Shown here: positions 24,454 through 35,496 of the stretch, in pieces
How positions within the stretch are numbered: position 1 is the stretch's first letter
How the letters are laid out: each line of letters starts with the position of its first letter
Virus record (IMG/VR): IMGVR_UViG_3300030620_000009
Span: 1 to 50,670 of that record
Strand: one strand, 5' to 3'
DNA from: a virus
Lineage: Duplodnaviria > Caudoviricetes
Length of the DNA stretch: 50,670 bases
Program-made: the position numbers and the translations under genes
Notes under the pieces: model-generated
What the model was told of the DNA's origin: nothing
What the model saw: the letters and a program-made list of their open reading frames with translations, nothing else
The model's database searches: none

Positions 24454-27400
24454 CTACGTTACTAGCCACGGACTTGATACGGCAAACAGGATCTTCTGGG
24501 GTGAAGTTACACCAAAGACCTGTTCTCCGAACTCTTCGGCGTATGTCTGGAGGTCTGCTACGTCCCAGCCATGCCAGGTTGTACATAGAGGATCACCAAC
24601 GATGATGCGGCCGCTTACCTGAGACGGTAAGAGAATGATTGCATGGTTGTCCTCGAAGTTTGCCTGGCACTTTACGTAGGTTGGTAGCTCTCCATAGTCT
24701 CCTTGGAGGATGACTGCCCTTCCTTCACCTAGAGCACTAAGAACTTGCGCCCAAGTCTGCCCGCTACGAACACCGAGAACCTGATTCCAGTGCCGCCATG
24801 CCTGTCGAACATTGTCCAGGCTTGTACCTGGACTACCGCTTGCACCGCCAATGTCGGCCTCACTCTTTCCGCACCACGGTATAAGTTCACCGCCCCAGAC
24901 TTGTGTAGCTCCACGTGTCTGCCAATCGAGAGCCATCGCGCCCGCTTCAAGGGTGCAGATGAAGGCGTCTAAGGTTGTTGTTGGATCACCAATCTGACGG
25001 CGGAAGATCGGCAGGTAATGCGGAGTGAAGGGTAGGAACCCCCCGCATGCAGCGCAGGTACCAGGAGGAGGAGCGGTATCGATTCTCTTGCGTCCTGTTA
25101 GCCTGTTTACAAGCCAGAAGATTCCGTGTGGCTCATTGTGGCTTGGATCCTCTACCTCAGTCTCCTGGTTGAACTGGGCCTGAATCTGCTGTGTGAGTTC
25201 TGGAAACTGAGCAGACGTGATATTGAATGTAAGTTGCAGCTTCTCGTCCGGACCAGGAAGCATAGCGGCTACGTCATCATAGAAGGGGTAAGTATCAGGA
25301 GGCCCGAAGGTGGTGTTCGGGTCATTGTCGTTCGAACTGTGACTTACCAGAACGGTACCAACATAATCTGGGCCGCTAGGCTGGTTTGGTTCCCAATTGC
25401 CTTGCTCCAGTTGGTAACTGCTTTCCTCATCGCCAACGTCACCAGACAGCATGGATGAGCCCTTGACCCGAACAGAGAGGACCTCAATAACGTCGGGGTC
25501 AAGCTCTTCAGGTTGGGCATACGTCAGGAATGTACGACGACGAATGCCTCCGGGTGGGTTAGGAAGTCCATTGAAGCCATTGACGTGTTCATCATGCGGA
25601 ACATCCGTATATGCAGTCCCGTGGGTCCACTCATACTCCTCAGTTATGAAGTTCCATGAGACGGCCCAGATGTCTGACGGGTTGTTGATTGTATCCTGAA
25701 CCTCAACCTGCTCTGTCTCATTCTCCAAAGTCGACTCACCGCAGAGATCGAGTGGTGGGTCTCCTTGTGAGATCGTGATGCTCTGGAAGCGAACCTCAGC
25801 TGCTACGCTGCCAGCTGTCAGCTGAATGAATGTGTCCGTTAGATTACCGTCACCGTCAGCCTGCTCGTCCCATGAAGATGGTTCAGTTCCCTGCCACAGT
25901 CGGACAAAGGTTCGCTGCAAGGTTCCGCCGAAGGGTCCAGCTCCAGGAGTTTCCTCATACCGAAACCTTACGCCAAATGCCTGGTTCCAGTCAATTCCGC
26001 TAACAGGAACAATTATACCGGAGAAGTCGTACTCATCGTCTGTAGGTCTAATCTCTACGTAGGGCCCTGAGTGGTCAATCAGAAGGGTCGCATCCGTAAA
26101 GCTACCCACGAATCTAACTGAGTAGGCAACTTCGTAGGGAACCCCTAGTGGCTCAAAGCCTTCTAGGACATCGCAAGCAGCAGTCGTGAACTTTGCGTCA
26201 GCTGCTGATAGACGTCCTTCGCCGGTGAGGACTTCGACCACCGACGACAAACCGGCGGGATCATCTGTATTGTGCGACCAAGAGGGTGGAGTACCGGGAG
26301 TTGAGGGTTCACCCCAATCTCCTACTGAATCATCCTCGAAGTCTTCCCATGTACAAGTGGATTCACCACCGCATCCCAACTCCTCAAGGGTGTTAGGATC
26401 TGCTGGAGCGACCTTGAAGTCATCGAACTGCCAAAGAATGACCTCGTCTTCGTCATTCTCGCTTGTAACAGCGAAGTAAGTTGTAAGGGTGAAGTCACCC
26501 ATTGGATCGAACCACGTTCCATCGTCAGCTTCAAGACTCCAACCAGGCTTTACTTCGCCGTCCCTCCATACACGAACAGCCTTGCGGGCATTCGATCCGT
26601 TCTTTGCAACGAGCAGTTCAACAGTATGCCATGCACCTGTCACCCAGTCAGTCTTCTCGAACTGGCCGTTGTCGTGATCTACGAAACCTGCCCAGGAGGG
26701 AGGTTCGGTACTGACATCCATCTGTAGATCGGTCGTGTAAGCGCCTGTACCGATAGACCAATCTACCCTGGTGGTATCAAAGGCTCCGTAGGCCCGTGTA
26801 AACCGGAACCGGAAAGAGTAAATGCATGAGTCAAGCCAAACCGAGTTGGCGTCCCCGGGTATCGCAAGCTCTTCGATATGGGTGACCAGGATGTCGCCGT
26901 CATTGAATTGAGCCCAGCCAACACCTGCATTCACGATCGCCAAGATGGAAGCGTGACTACTCTCATTGTACTCAACACCACACGACGCTGTATCCCATCC
27001 GGTCGTATTACGATCGTTGAAGTCGTCGATAATAAACAAACTACCGGCCTGACCGAGCTCATTGCAGCAATCGCATGAGGGAACAGGATCAGGAGTCGGT
27101 GGGTCATCACGTGGGCCAAAGACGTGAACAGCCTTCGACCGACCCTTGTAATGTGAACGTTGGAAGAACGGCCCACGCAGCTCGGAGTCGTGAAGGGTTG
27201 GACTACGCTCATCGACGTAGATGGCGTGCCCACGGCCTCTATATCTGGCCCCCTCAGCTGATAATGGGCCAGTGGGGACAACTGAGGTGAGTTGATTGTC
27301 TACATGGATGATTCGTTCGCCGTGGTAACCAGGCTTCGAGAAGCCAGTAGCAGGTGTTCCTACGAGAGCCGAGATACCTCTAGCTGTCGGGGCAATTCCT

Positions 27401-29370
27401 AACGCAGCCAAAGCGTAGCGTGCGGCTACAATTTCGCCTGCACCAACGGCAGTTGGGCCAAATGCGAAACCTGCCAGTCCAGAGCCAGCACGACTTGGAC
27501 TTCCTCGAACTGCAGTAGGCAGGGCAGCAAGGCCAGCAAGGTCTGCGCCGACCTTGGAGGCGATGCCTGGAGCTGTTGGCAGGCTAACAAGTTTACTGGT
27601 GCCCTCGAAGTCTGATGGGAGTTGCCCAACAGAGGTCGGCTCGAAGGCTACGCCGCCGAGGGCAGATCCTTCCTTGGCAGCAGAACCGGGTGAAGATGCA
27701 CCAGAGATGAGGCCAGCAAGAGAGCTACCCGTAGCTGACTCCGGAGCAGCTGCAGCATATACAGATGCCCCTGCGTGGGTAACTCGTACCTCGCCGCTCG
27801 CAGTATCAATAATGTAGCCTACCGCCAAATCGAGGCTAGAAGCAGACCACTGATCTTGCGTTGAAGGATCCTGTAGATATGCTCGCTGTCTCTTCGGGTA
27901 CCCACTGATGAGGTTCGCTGAGGATTGTGTATGCAGATAGGTGGTGTTCGCCTTGGTCCGCAGGCGGCCTGTGTGATTAGCTAGTTGCCTCAGTGCAAGC
28001 TCGGGTACTACCCCGTAAATTGGATCTTCGAGCCCTGCATCCACTGCTGAGCGCAATTGGGCAGTATAGAAGGCACCGACTGTACTTGATGCAACGTATG
28101 TAGTGTCTCCATCTGTGTCTGGATCATCAACGTCAGTGTACGCCCCTGTGAAGTTGCTGTTCTCAGCTTCATCTACAGGAGGAAGCCAGAATACAACTCC
28201 TTGCTCAGGAAGCGCATACAATGCCAGCACAGCATCGTCAATAATGATCTCCGCTGGCTCATGTGTGGCTCCAAACCTAAAGATGCCAGGACCGGTGGTA
28301 GCAAGGGTCGCAGTCGTCGTAGAGGCTACAGGCGTTCCGTCAATAACTAGGCTTATCTTCGCTGCACCTGCGTCATCTAAATCCTCACCGATAATGACAA
28401 GGTCATACCACTGATTCGGTGTAGGTTGCCATTCGGAGCCAACGAGGTTTGTTTCCCCATAGGTCAACTGATATCCGGTTTCAGTACCACGCAAGGCAAT
28501 GCGGCTAAGGAGTACCTCTACGATATTGTGGTAGAATGGAGCCATTGTCGTGCCGTACGCAACGTGCTTGAAACGCATTCTGGCGTAGACAGAGTTCGGG
28601 GTTTGGGGATTGTTGTTGGCTCCATCGAAGCGGACACCACGCTGCGACCCCCACTCCGCATCAACCAGATTCGTCTGGTTTACAGGAGTTATCTTGATCC
28701 AAAGGGCTTTGAGTCCGGGGGTATAAGAGCGATCGGAGTCTCGTGTGATAAGGGGGCTTGTCTCACGTGGACTCTCTCCACCGACCATAGTCACGATCTG
28801 CGGGACTACAACGAAGGTCTCGGTGAACCGAATCCATGAGTCGCCAGATGCAGAAGCTGTCTTCCCAGCATACGTCATTGACGCAGTGTGGCCAGAGGCC
28901 ATATCACCGCCAGCATCATTGATGAAGACTCGGATGCGGAGACGATCACCACGTTTGACCGCGGTCGAGGTTGGACTAGCAGTCCAGTTACGGGCTGCCA
29001 AAGAGGTTCCTAGCTCAGTGCCGTGCTCGGAGTTGATGATCGTTGACTTGACGGCGTAGTTCGCGTCACATAGCTCAACGATCACCTGCATGCCAGCATT
29101 GGCCTGCATGGCACTTTCTTCGGCCCACAGGTTGAAGGTGATGTCTCCGGAGATGGTGATGGCATCGAGCGGCGGGCTATACCACTCCAGAACGTTACCA
29201 GCACCCGACACTCGGCACTGGACGCCGCTAGTGGGCCCGGTAACCGTATTAGTCGTGGAAGTCGCTACTCCGCTCCCTCGACGTGTGTTGGCGAGGAGCG
29301 AGGTAGTACTCGCAGTATCTATATCGAAGCGAGACAGTTGAGACTGATTGAGGAAGAGATCAGTCGCCAT
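24454..29370 (-). CDS. large multidomain tail/receptor-binding protein with C-terminal C39-like peptidase
   Basis: 1638 aa downstream of tape measure; beta-sandwich-like domains, about 6 Gly/Ala 20-aa repeats, C-terminal RRQ..CT..HA..DPLC. Confidence 0.75.
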   Translation of the reverse strand: MATDLFLNQSQLSRFDIDTASTTSLLANTRRGSGVATSTTNTVTGPTSGVQCRVSGAGNVLEWYSPPLDAITISGDITFNLWAEESAMQANAGMQVIVELCDANYAVKSTIINSEHGTELGTSLAARNWTASPTSTAVKRGDRLRIRVFINDAGGDMASGHTASMTYAGKTASASGDSWIRFTETFVVVPQIVTMVGGESPRETSPLITRDSDRSYTPGLKALWIKITPVNQTNLVDAEWGSQRGVRFDGANNNPQTPNSVYARMRFKHVAYGTTMAPFYHNIVEVLLSRIALRGTETGYQLTYGETNLVGSEWQPTPNQWYDLVIIGEDLDDAGAAKISLVIDGTPVASTTTATLATTGPGIFRFGATHEPAEIIIDDAVLALYALPEQGVVFWLPPVDEAENSNFTGAYTDVDDPDTDGDTTYVASSTVGAFYTAQLRSAVDAGLEDPIYGVVPELALRQLANHTGRLRTKANTTYLHTQSSANLISGYPKRQRAYLQDPSTQDQWSASSLDLAVGYIIDTASGEVRVTHAGASVYAAAAPESATGSSLAGLISGASSPGSAAKEGSALGGVAFEPTSVGQLPSDFEGTSKLVSLPTAPGIASKVGADLAGLAALPTAVRGSPSRAGSGLAGFAFGPTAVGAGEIVAARYALAALGIAPTARGISALVGTPATGFSKPGYHGERIIHVDNQLTSVVPTGPLSAEGARYRGRGHAIYVDERSPTLHDSELRGPFFQRSHYKGRSKAVHVFGPRDDPPTPDPVPSCDCCNELGQAGSLFIIDDFNDRNTTGWDTASCGVEYNESSHASILAIVNAGVGWAQFNDGDILVTHIEELAIPGDANSVWLDSCIYSFRFRFTRAYGAFDTTRVDWSIGTGAYTTDLQMDVSTEPPSWAGFVDHDNGQFEKTDWVTGAWHTVELLVAKNGSNARKAVRVWRDGEVKPGWSLEADDGTWFDPMGDFTLTTYFAVTSENDEDEVILWQFDDFKVAPADPNTLEELGCGGESTCTWEDFEDDSVGDWGEPSTPGTPPSWSHNTDDPAGLSSVVEVLTGEGRLSAADAKFTTAACDVLEGFEPLGVPYEVAYSVRFVGSFTDATLLIDHSGPYVEIRPTDDEYDFSGIIVPVSGIDWNQAFGVRFRYEETPGAGPFGGTLQRTFVRLWQGTEPSSWDEQADGDGNLTDTFIQLTAGSVAAEVRFQSITISQGDPPLDLCGESTLENETEQVEVQDTINNPSDIWAVSWNFITEEYEWTHGTAYTDVPHDEHVNGFNGLPNPPGGIRRRTFLTYAQPEELDPDVIEVLSVRVKGSSMLSGDVGDEESSYQLEQGNWEPNQPSGPDYVGTVLVSHSSNDNDPNTTFGPPDTYPFYDDVAAMLPGPDEKLQLTFNITSAQFPELTQQIQAQFNQETEVEDPSHNEPHGIFWLVNRLTGRKRIDTAPPPGTCAACGGFLPFTPHYLPIFRRQIGDPTTTLDAFICTLEAGAMALDWQTRGATQVWGGELIPWCGKSEADIGGASGSPGTSLDNVRQAWRHWNQVLGVRSGQTWAQVLSALGEGRAVILQGDYGELPTYVKCQANFEDNHAIILLPSQVSGRIIVGDPLCTTWHGWDVADLQTYAEEFGEQVFGVTSPQKILFAVSSPWLVT

Positions 29371-29578
29371 GGCGATGCCACGGGCGAGGGGAGCGTCGCT
29401 CTGCGTTTAGGTCATGCCACGGCCAACCGTCGAGCCAGAAGATGACGCGCTTCCACCACGGAGTCTGAAGAGTATCGAAGCGCTGATCGTGGTCCGACAG
29501 GCGCTGCTCAAGAACACTAATACGTGCCTCGAAGGACTCGGTGATCACACGAGCCTCTTCCGAGAGGTACTGCATCAC
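29360..29578 (-). CDS. small coiled-coil protein
   Basis: coupled ORF; EARISVLEQRL, PWWKR. Confidence 0.5.
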   Translation of the reverse strand: MMQYLSEEARVITESFEARISVLEQRLSDHDQRFDTLQTPWWKRVIFWLDGWPWHDLNAERRSPRPWHRHGD

Positions 29579-31455
29579 TCAACCGGAACGTCGGCAAAGA
29601 TGAAGTAGACAAGTCCAGTCATCGCGCCAGTCGTCAGGACGGTTCGTGCCCGACCCTCACTATCGGTAGCGCTTACCTCAGGAATCAAAGAACCCTGACC
29701 AGTAATCAAGGTACCAGCCGAGTTGTAAACCTCGAGGGTCCACTTGACCACCTTACCTGGGATACGCCAAGGTGCCCCTGCCTTATCGGTAAGCTGCGCT
29801 GTAATGGTTTGTGTTGAGTTAGGTCCAGGTGCAAGGTCAAAGGTATCAATGACGACACGGTTGACAGGCGGCGGCCATCTAACATCCCCACCCCCCTTAG
29901 GAGGCTGCATGGTATATCGACTGGTTGGACCATCACCCCAGTCAATAGTGTACTCACGAACATCCGCTCCAGGAATCAAAGTCGTTGATACACGCTGAAT
30001 TACGAAGTACTTTCCGTTCAGCGTTGCGGGGAGACGTGAGTCAGTTATCTGTACAAGCTGACCCGCTCTCCATCCATCGACTCCTGAGACCTTGCACGAC
30101 CCTCGAAGGGTAGGAACACTTCCTCTGTAGAGCGCTTGTCCGCCGAGGGCGTCTCTCTTTGCTCTGGTGGTCGAGACAGGGGCTCGAAGGTAGGCCTGAC
30201 GTTTGTTGAGGTCCTGTACTGCGTCATTTACCCACCCCGAGCCCCCCACGCCAACTTCTGGTTCAACGACTGTCTCAACATACTTCTCGACGGTGATAGA
30301 CCCGTACCCGAAGTAGTTGGTGTCATTGTCGACTAGGAACCCCTGCTTGGGTCCTGAGGTCATCTGCCAGAAGTGCCCACCCTTGCCATTGGCCGAGTTG
30401 AACGGAACCCGGATGAAGACGACGTCGTAGGGACCTCCTGGCCCGAAGTTCTCGAAGGTCGAGCTGATAAGACCGTTGGCCTGCTTCTGCCATATCTTGG
30501 TGGAGGATAGAAAGGTTAGCCTGAACTTCTCAGTAGTAAGGGATCCATACCCTTGAGGGTCGATGAAGATGGTTTCGCCTACAGGATCGATGGCTGGTGC
30601 ATTGTACACAAATCCTGTACCACCTTGAACGTAGACCTGTTCAGGCATTGCATGTCCGTCGAACGTAAACGACAGCTCCCGGAATCCAACCTTGAACGCA
30701 CCTATCTCGTCGTTGTTTAGGTTGTAAGGTGAGATGGGTAGAAGTCCGGGATTGGCCTCCGGCAACATGAGCGCTGATAGGGAGTTGGGACTGTTAGGGT
30801 CACCACCCAGACCAGCCATTTGCTGGGCCAGCTCCTGCCATGCCGGAATAGCTACCCAGTGAAACTTCAAGTCGGGATCGAGCCAGAACTGGAGGTTCTG
30901 TGCTATTTGGGAAGCCAACTCCTCAAGTGCACTCTGTAGATCGCTGTACTGCCAGCTGAGCATAGGAAAGTCAACGAGGTACTCTCCTACAAACTCATCG
31001 GTGTCGACGGCTTGGCCGTCCACACGGAAGTACTTATCGAACAGGTGCTGGATGGTAAGTCGGTCTGTGCGCAGCGAATGGGCGTTGATGTCAATGTTGA
31101 CGTAGTCACCTAGTCCGTCGACGTCCTGCCAGGTAACACCATCCAGGGCACCAATGAGCCTCTGGGGCTTCTGGTCATTGTAGTCAACACAGTCCAGCTT
31201 CCACTTCCGCCACGGCATTCCTGTCGGCAGTTCCAGAGGCGTTCGGATGATCTCACCGCGGAACAGAACATGACCCGTTGAGCGGACTTCCGCCTTCACA
31301 TCCCAATGTGGCTGCGGCTCCCAGGTGTTAGTACGATCCTGAACGGTCAGTGTAGCGCGCCCCGTACCGCCAAGGATCTCCTCAGGGGTAAGCGACCACT
31401 CCATATCGTCGCTTGCCTCGACATGGTTGACGGTCAACAGGATCGGCGTGGGCAT
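29575..31455 (-). CDS. tail tip/hub protein with C-terminal Ig-like (Big_1-like) domain
   Basis: follows tape measure; LFRGEI, FWLDPDLKFHW, GWRAGQLV; TITAQLTD..G..IPG..V...TDSEGRA. Confidence 0.7.
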   Translation of the reverse strand: MPTPILLTVNHVEASDDMEWSLTPEEILGGTGRATLTVQDRTNTWEPQPHWDVKAEVRSTGHVLFRGEIIRTPLELPTGMPWRKWKLDCVDYNDQKPQRLIGALDGVTWQDVDGLGDYVNIDINAHSLRTDRLTIQHLFDKYFRVDGQAVDTDEFVGEYLVDFPMLSWQYSDLQSALEELASQIAQNLQFWLDPDLKFHWVAIPAWQELAQQMAGLGGDPNSPNSLSALMLPEANPGLLPISPYNLNNDEIGAFKVGFRELSFTFDGHAMPEQVYVQGGTGFVYNAPAIDPVGETIFIDPQGYGSLTTEKFRLTFLSSTKIWQKQANGLISSTFENFGPGGPYDVVFIRVPFNSANGKGGHFWQMTSGPKQGFLVDNDTNYFGYGSITVEKYVETVVEPEVGVGGSGWVNDAVQDLNKRQAYLRAPVSTTRAKRDALGGQALYRGSVPTLRGSCKVSGVDGWRAGQLVQITDSRLPATLNGKYFVIQRVSTTLIPGADVREYTIDWGDGPTSRYTMQPPKGGGDVRWPPPVNRVVIDTFDLAPGPNSTQTITAQLTDKAGAPWRIPGKVVKWTLEVYNSAGTLITGQGSLIPEVSATDSEGRARTVLTTGAMTGLVYFIFADVPVE

Positions 31456-34400
31456 TACCTAAGTGACCCTGTTGAAGGAAGATGTCGTTCTCCGTACACA
31501 GTATCCTGGACGTACAACTGCTGATCCGTCCACTCTGCCAGTTTCTCCTCCCCGACCTGAAGGATAATCGTACCACCACCTCGACCGCCTATATCACCAA
31601 GAGTACGGGTAACAACATCAGATGATCCGCCTGCAACCGGAGTGATGGTCGTAGGCGACATTGGTCGTGATCCGACCTCGCGAAGTAGACTCGCAATGTT
31701 GGCTGGTGGGACCATCTCATCCTTGTGGAGCAATGCAAGAAGGTTGTCCTCAAGGATGTGCCAGGCTCCTCCCTGGAATGGCAGTGCACGGTTCGTAGGC
31801 CTGACAGTCGGAGAGGTGTCGGGTAGGGGTGTTTGTACATGGTAGCCTGGAATGAGGTCTGCGTAGAGCCTCATAGCTTCGTAGGCAGCCAGGACATTCT
31901 CCTTTAGCCCGTCCACGAACATGGAAGTAAGCAGAGACCCTGCATCCTTGTAAGTGATGCCGTAGCCTTCCAGCAGGGCGATTATCTGGTCCTGGGTGGT
32001 CTGCCACTCCTGCGGGTGCTTTGCCAGTTCTCTCTGCAGTAACTCTAACTGCCGGTCGAAGCTCTCTTGCTGGAATTCATGGCGACGATCTTCGGCAATG
32101 CGCTGCGCTTCGGCAACAGCATCGTTGGCTTCCTTCTGCTGGTCAATCCGATCAGTTGCTGCGTCCACTTGCGCCTGCATGTCATCAATATGGGTCTGCG
32201 CAAGGAAGTCCTGGAGCGCAAGGATAGCGTCTCGTTGTGCCTTTGGATCTGAGGCTTCACGAACTGCTTCGCGGAGTCTGAACTCTTCGATCTTGCGACG
32301 CTGGAAGTCAAGAGCCTTCTGTGCCTCAGTGACCGGGGACTGGATGAGTGCAGCCTTGGCATCCAGGATGGCATTCTTCTGCCGCCGAGCATCGTCGATC
32401 GCCTGGAGATTCCTTTGGTGCAGTGCATCGAAGTAACGGTGGGCAGCTGACCGAATCTCCGAGAAGGCGGTGGACAACGAAGATAGAGCACTGCTCTTCT
32501 GGGAGGTACGCTCAAGCTCCTTGTTGACGTCCTCCATAGCGCGGCGAACTGCATCAGCGGCTGGCCGGAATCGCTCCCACGGTGGTGTTGGGTCGAACGC
32601 ATCCATGAATGCTTGTGCCCGCGCAGACTCGCTCAGGTACCCATCCTCGACACCGTCAGCAAGCGCGCGCCCCGCATTGAGGCCCTTCGAGTAGGCTCCC
32701 TCCGTCAGCACATCTAGGCGCTCTGTGATAAGCTTGATCGTCGCCTCCGTTTGGGCAACTACTGCAGGGTCACCAGACTGCATCCCTGCGGCGATGTTTG
32801 CGTGGTGCAGCATACCGAAGAGGCGTGCAATCTCGACCTGTGGGTCGAGCTGTGCACGGACCATCTCACCAAGGGTCCTCAATGCCTCAAGAGGTGCAGA
32901 CTGGGCTTCGCGGATGCCCTCTGCCATCTCTTGCATAGCAGCCCCACCAGACTGCCGAGAGGCTGTGCGGACACCTTCCAAGGACGTGCCGAACCGCTCA
33001 ACTAGGTCTTCTACCTGCCCAATTACCGTATCTGCCCCCAGCTTCAACTGCGCCTGGAGATCTGCAAGAGGATCGACTTCGGTACCCCCCATTTCGGCGG
33101 CCTTACGGTTGATCTCCGCTTCGGCAAGAGTCATGTCGGTTATGAGCTGGTTCAGTGCATCCTGGAGACCATCCGCCAGACCCTTGAACATCTCCCCGAC
33201 GATCGGAATGGAGGCAGCCGCTTCAACAATGCCCTTGATGGCGTTGATGGCATGATACTCAAGGACCCGGAATCCTTGAGCAACTCGGTCGAAGTTCAGA
33301 AGAAGGAGCGCAACAGCTGCAATGATGGCCGCGATAGCTGCTATGACTACCCCACCCAGCAGGAGACCGATTGCACCACCGATCCGGCCCAGTGCCGCGA
33401 GTGCACCCGCCAAGCCTGTTACACCAACAGCGGCTGTTGTTGTCGTTACGGTAAGTCCTGCGATGGCGGCGTTCAAGGCGTTGAACAGGATAATGTTCGC
33501 CAGGGCGGCACCTGCTGACATCACAAGTGATGCCACAAACCTGCCGGTTATGATTAGCGCCAGCGCCTCAATGAGGGGTATCAGGAGTCCTGATCCAGCT
33601 ATTGCACCTCCCAGAGCCCCTACGAACTCCATGAGCCCCGACACGGCAGGTCCGAGGGAGTTACGCATGCCACCAATACTCTCGTTCCAGATAATGCCGA
33701 GGGTGCTAATTGCAATAACCAGTGGAATGAACCGGGCGGTCAGGGCACCTGTTCCAATCGTTAGTGCGTTTACGGCTAGTGCTGCACCGTACAACCGGGG
33801 GATGAGTCCGTATGCAAGTGCAAACCCGATAGCGTGAATGACAGGAATGACATAACGTCCACCACCGCCAATGAAGAAGTCAGCAATGGCAACCGTTCCT
33901 TCGGATAACGCCCGGAACAGGGGGTCGACCGCGGACGAGATCGTTTCAAGGGCCGCATCTCGGATGGTTGAGAAGGCTCCCTGTGCAGTCCTTGCCTGCC
34001 GCGCCATCATTCCTTCCCATCGCGCCATACCATCCAGGATAGATTGGATGGCTACATCTGCAGGGATTAGACCACGTTCCGCGAGGTCCCGTGTCTCCTG
34101 AACAGACTTCCCAATTGCTTCTGCTAGGAACTGCCACGCGGGAATGTTGGCTTCAGTGAGCTGCCGCATATCCTGTGCGTTGACACGTCCTGCCGTTCGC
34201 ATCTGCCCAAGGGCTAGGGTGATACGATCAATGTGCTCAGTTGTTCCACCGAGGGCGGCTACAGCATCACCGACCCGACGTAGGATGGGCAACGCCTCAT
34301 CAGCAGCGAATCCCAACGCGATTAGGCGCTGAACGGCATCTACAAGGCCCGTAAACTCGAACGGCGTAACCTCAGCGAACCGCAGCATGCGTTCAATGAA

Positions 34401-35153
34401 GTTGCCTGCGTTCTCCGCATTACCTAGGAGGGTCTCAAAGGCTATATTGGCCTGCTCAAGTCGGCTATTGAAGCCTAATAGTGCATTGCCAAGGAACCCG
34501 AAGACGTTGGTAACTGCAACGCCGCCACTGAAGGCAAAGGCCATTGAGAGGACGCGACTCATAAACGAGCCGCGCTCGGCTGAGAACAGGGCAGCATTGC
34601 CAACCTGCCGCAGAGCAGCAGTAGCACGGTTGGCTGGGCCAGGAATACCCCCTAAGCTTCCAGCAAGACCTCCAGCGGCACCCCCCGCCCGGGCCATAGG
34701 CGGTCCGGCTCCCGCAGCTGCACCACCAACTGCGCCGATGCCCATTGCAGCGCGGCCCGCAATTGGCCCCGCCATTGCAAGGGCACCATTGGCACCGCGA
34801 ATGCCAGCAACAAGGGGCCCAGCTGCTGCAGATGCCTGACGCATCGCTTCAGCTGCAGCCTGCTGAGCAGTTACAACTGGACCAGTTGACCTTGCGACAC
34901 CGGCGTTGATGTCAGTGATAATTTGGCCGGTCTGTTGGGTCTGTTGAGCCATCCCCAGAATTCCGGCCTGGGCACTAGAAGCACTCTGAATGATTCGGGA
35001 GCTCGCCATCTGCGTAGCATCAGCAGCGCGAGACATTGATCGGGAGACGTCAGATGCAAACTGGCTTGCGTCCTGTTGCCCCGCACGCAGCCCAGCGCCA
35101 AATGCACCCCGATCAATACCCAGCCGCAGAAGTAGACTAGCGAGGGTTGCCAC
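31455..35153 (-). CDS. tape measure protein
   Basis: 1232 aa Ala/Gly-rich; LEQANIAFETLLG...TPFEF tape-measure motif; hydrophobic middle; coiled coils. Confidence 0.92.
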   Translation of the reverse strand: MATLASLLLRLGIDRGAFGAGLRAGQQDASQFASDVSRSMSRAADATQMASSRIIQSASSAQAGILGMAQQTQQTGQIITDINAGVARSTGPVVTAQQAAAEAMRQASAAAGPLVAGIRGANGALAMAGPIAGRAAMGIGAVGGAAAGAGPPMARAGGAAGGLAGSLGGIPGPANRATAALRQVGNAALFSAERGSFMSRVLSMAFAFSGGVAVTNVFGFLGNALLGFNSRLEQANIAFETLLGNAENAGNFIERMLRFAEVTPFEFTGLVDAVQRLIALGFAADEALPILRRVGDAVAALGGTTEHIDRITLALGQMRTAGRVNAQDMRQLTEANIPAWQFLAEAIGKSVQETRDLAERGLIPADVAIQSILDGMARWEGMMARQARTAQGAFSTIRDAALETISSAVDPLFRALSEGTVAIADFFIGGGGRYVIPVIHAIGFALAYGLIPRLYGAALAVNALTIGTGALTARFIPLVIAISTLGIIWNESIGGMRNSLGPAVSGLMEFVGALGGAIAGSGLLIPLIEALALIITGRFVASLVMSAGAALANIILFNALNAAIAGLTVTTTTAAVGVTGLAGALAALGRIGGAIGLLLGGVVIAAIAAIIAAVALLLLNFDRVAQGFRVLEYHAINAIKGIVEAAASIPIVGEMFKGLADGLQDALNQLITDMTLAEAEINRKAAEMGGTEVDPLADLQAQLKLGADTVIGQVEDLVERFGTSLEGVRTASRQSGGAAMQEMAEGIREAQSAPLEALRTLGEMVRAQLDPQVEIARLFGMLHHANIAAGMQSGDPAVVAQTEATIKLITERLDVLTEGAYSKGLNAGRALADGVEDGYLSESARAQAFMDAFDPTPPWERFRPAADAVRRAMEDVNKELERTSQKSSALSSLSTAFSEIRSAAHRYFDALHQRNLQAIDDARRQKNAILDAKAALIQSPVTEAQKALDFQRRKIEEFRLREAVREASDPKAQRDAILALQDFLAQTHIDDMQAQVDAATDRIDQQKEANDAVAEAQRIAEDRRHEFQQESFDRQLELLQRELAKHPQEWQTTQDQIIALLEGYGITYKDAGSLLTSMFVDGLKENVLAAYEAMRLYADLIPGYHVQTPLPDTSPTVRPTNRALPFQGGAWHILEDNLLALLHKDEMVPPANIASLLREVGSRPMSPTTITPVAGGSSDVVTRTLGDIGGRGGGTIILQVGEEKLAEWTDQQLYVQDTVYGERHLPSTGSLR

Positions 35154-35496
35154 GGTTCCTCACAACGCCACCAAGCCGTGAGAACACAGATCCTGCCTTT
35201 CCCTTCAGCTGCTCCTTCTTGGCCTCCACATCGGCCTCGGTTTCGGGACCCCACTTGACAAGGAAGTCAGAGACCTTGAACTTGCCCGCCTCCTTTGGGT
35301 GGAGGGCCACCGTTATGAAGTATGCAAGCTGCGCGAAGAGGTAATCTTGTCGGTCAGGTCCTACCGGCTCCAGTCTATTGTACGCAATCCACTCGGTGAA
35401 TTGATGACTTCCTACTCGTCGCTGGAATCGGGCGACGTCTGGTTCCCCGAAAGCAAGTGCAAGTCGGAGCCAGAATCGTCGCTCTGGTCTTCCCCC
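35137..35496 (-). CDS. tail assembly chaperone -1 frameshift extension (gpGT-like)
   Basis: slippery G GGG GAA at 35496-35490; -1 frame RRFWLRLALAFG...FTEWIAYNRLEPVG to TAG 35137. Confidence 0.85.
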   Translation of the reverse strand, partial: GGRPERRFWLRLALAFGEPDVARFQRRVGSHQFTEWIAYNRLEPVGPDRQDYLFAQLAYFITVALHPKEAGKFKVSDFLVKWGPETEADVEAKKEQLKGKAGSVFSRLGGVVRNRGNPR

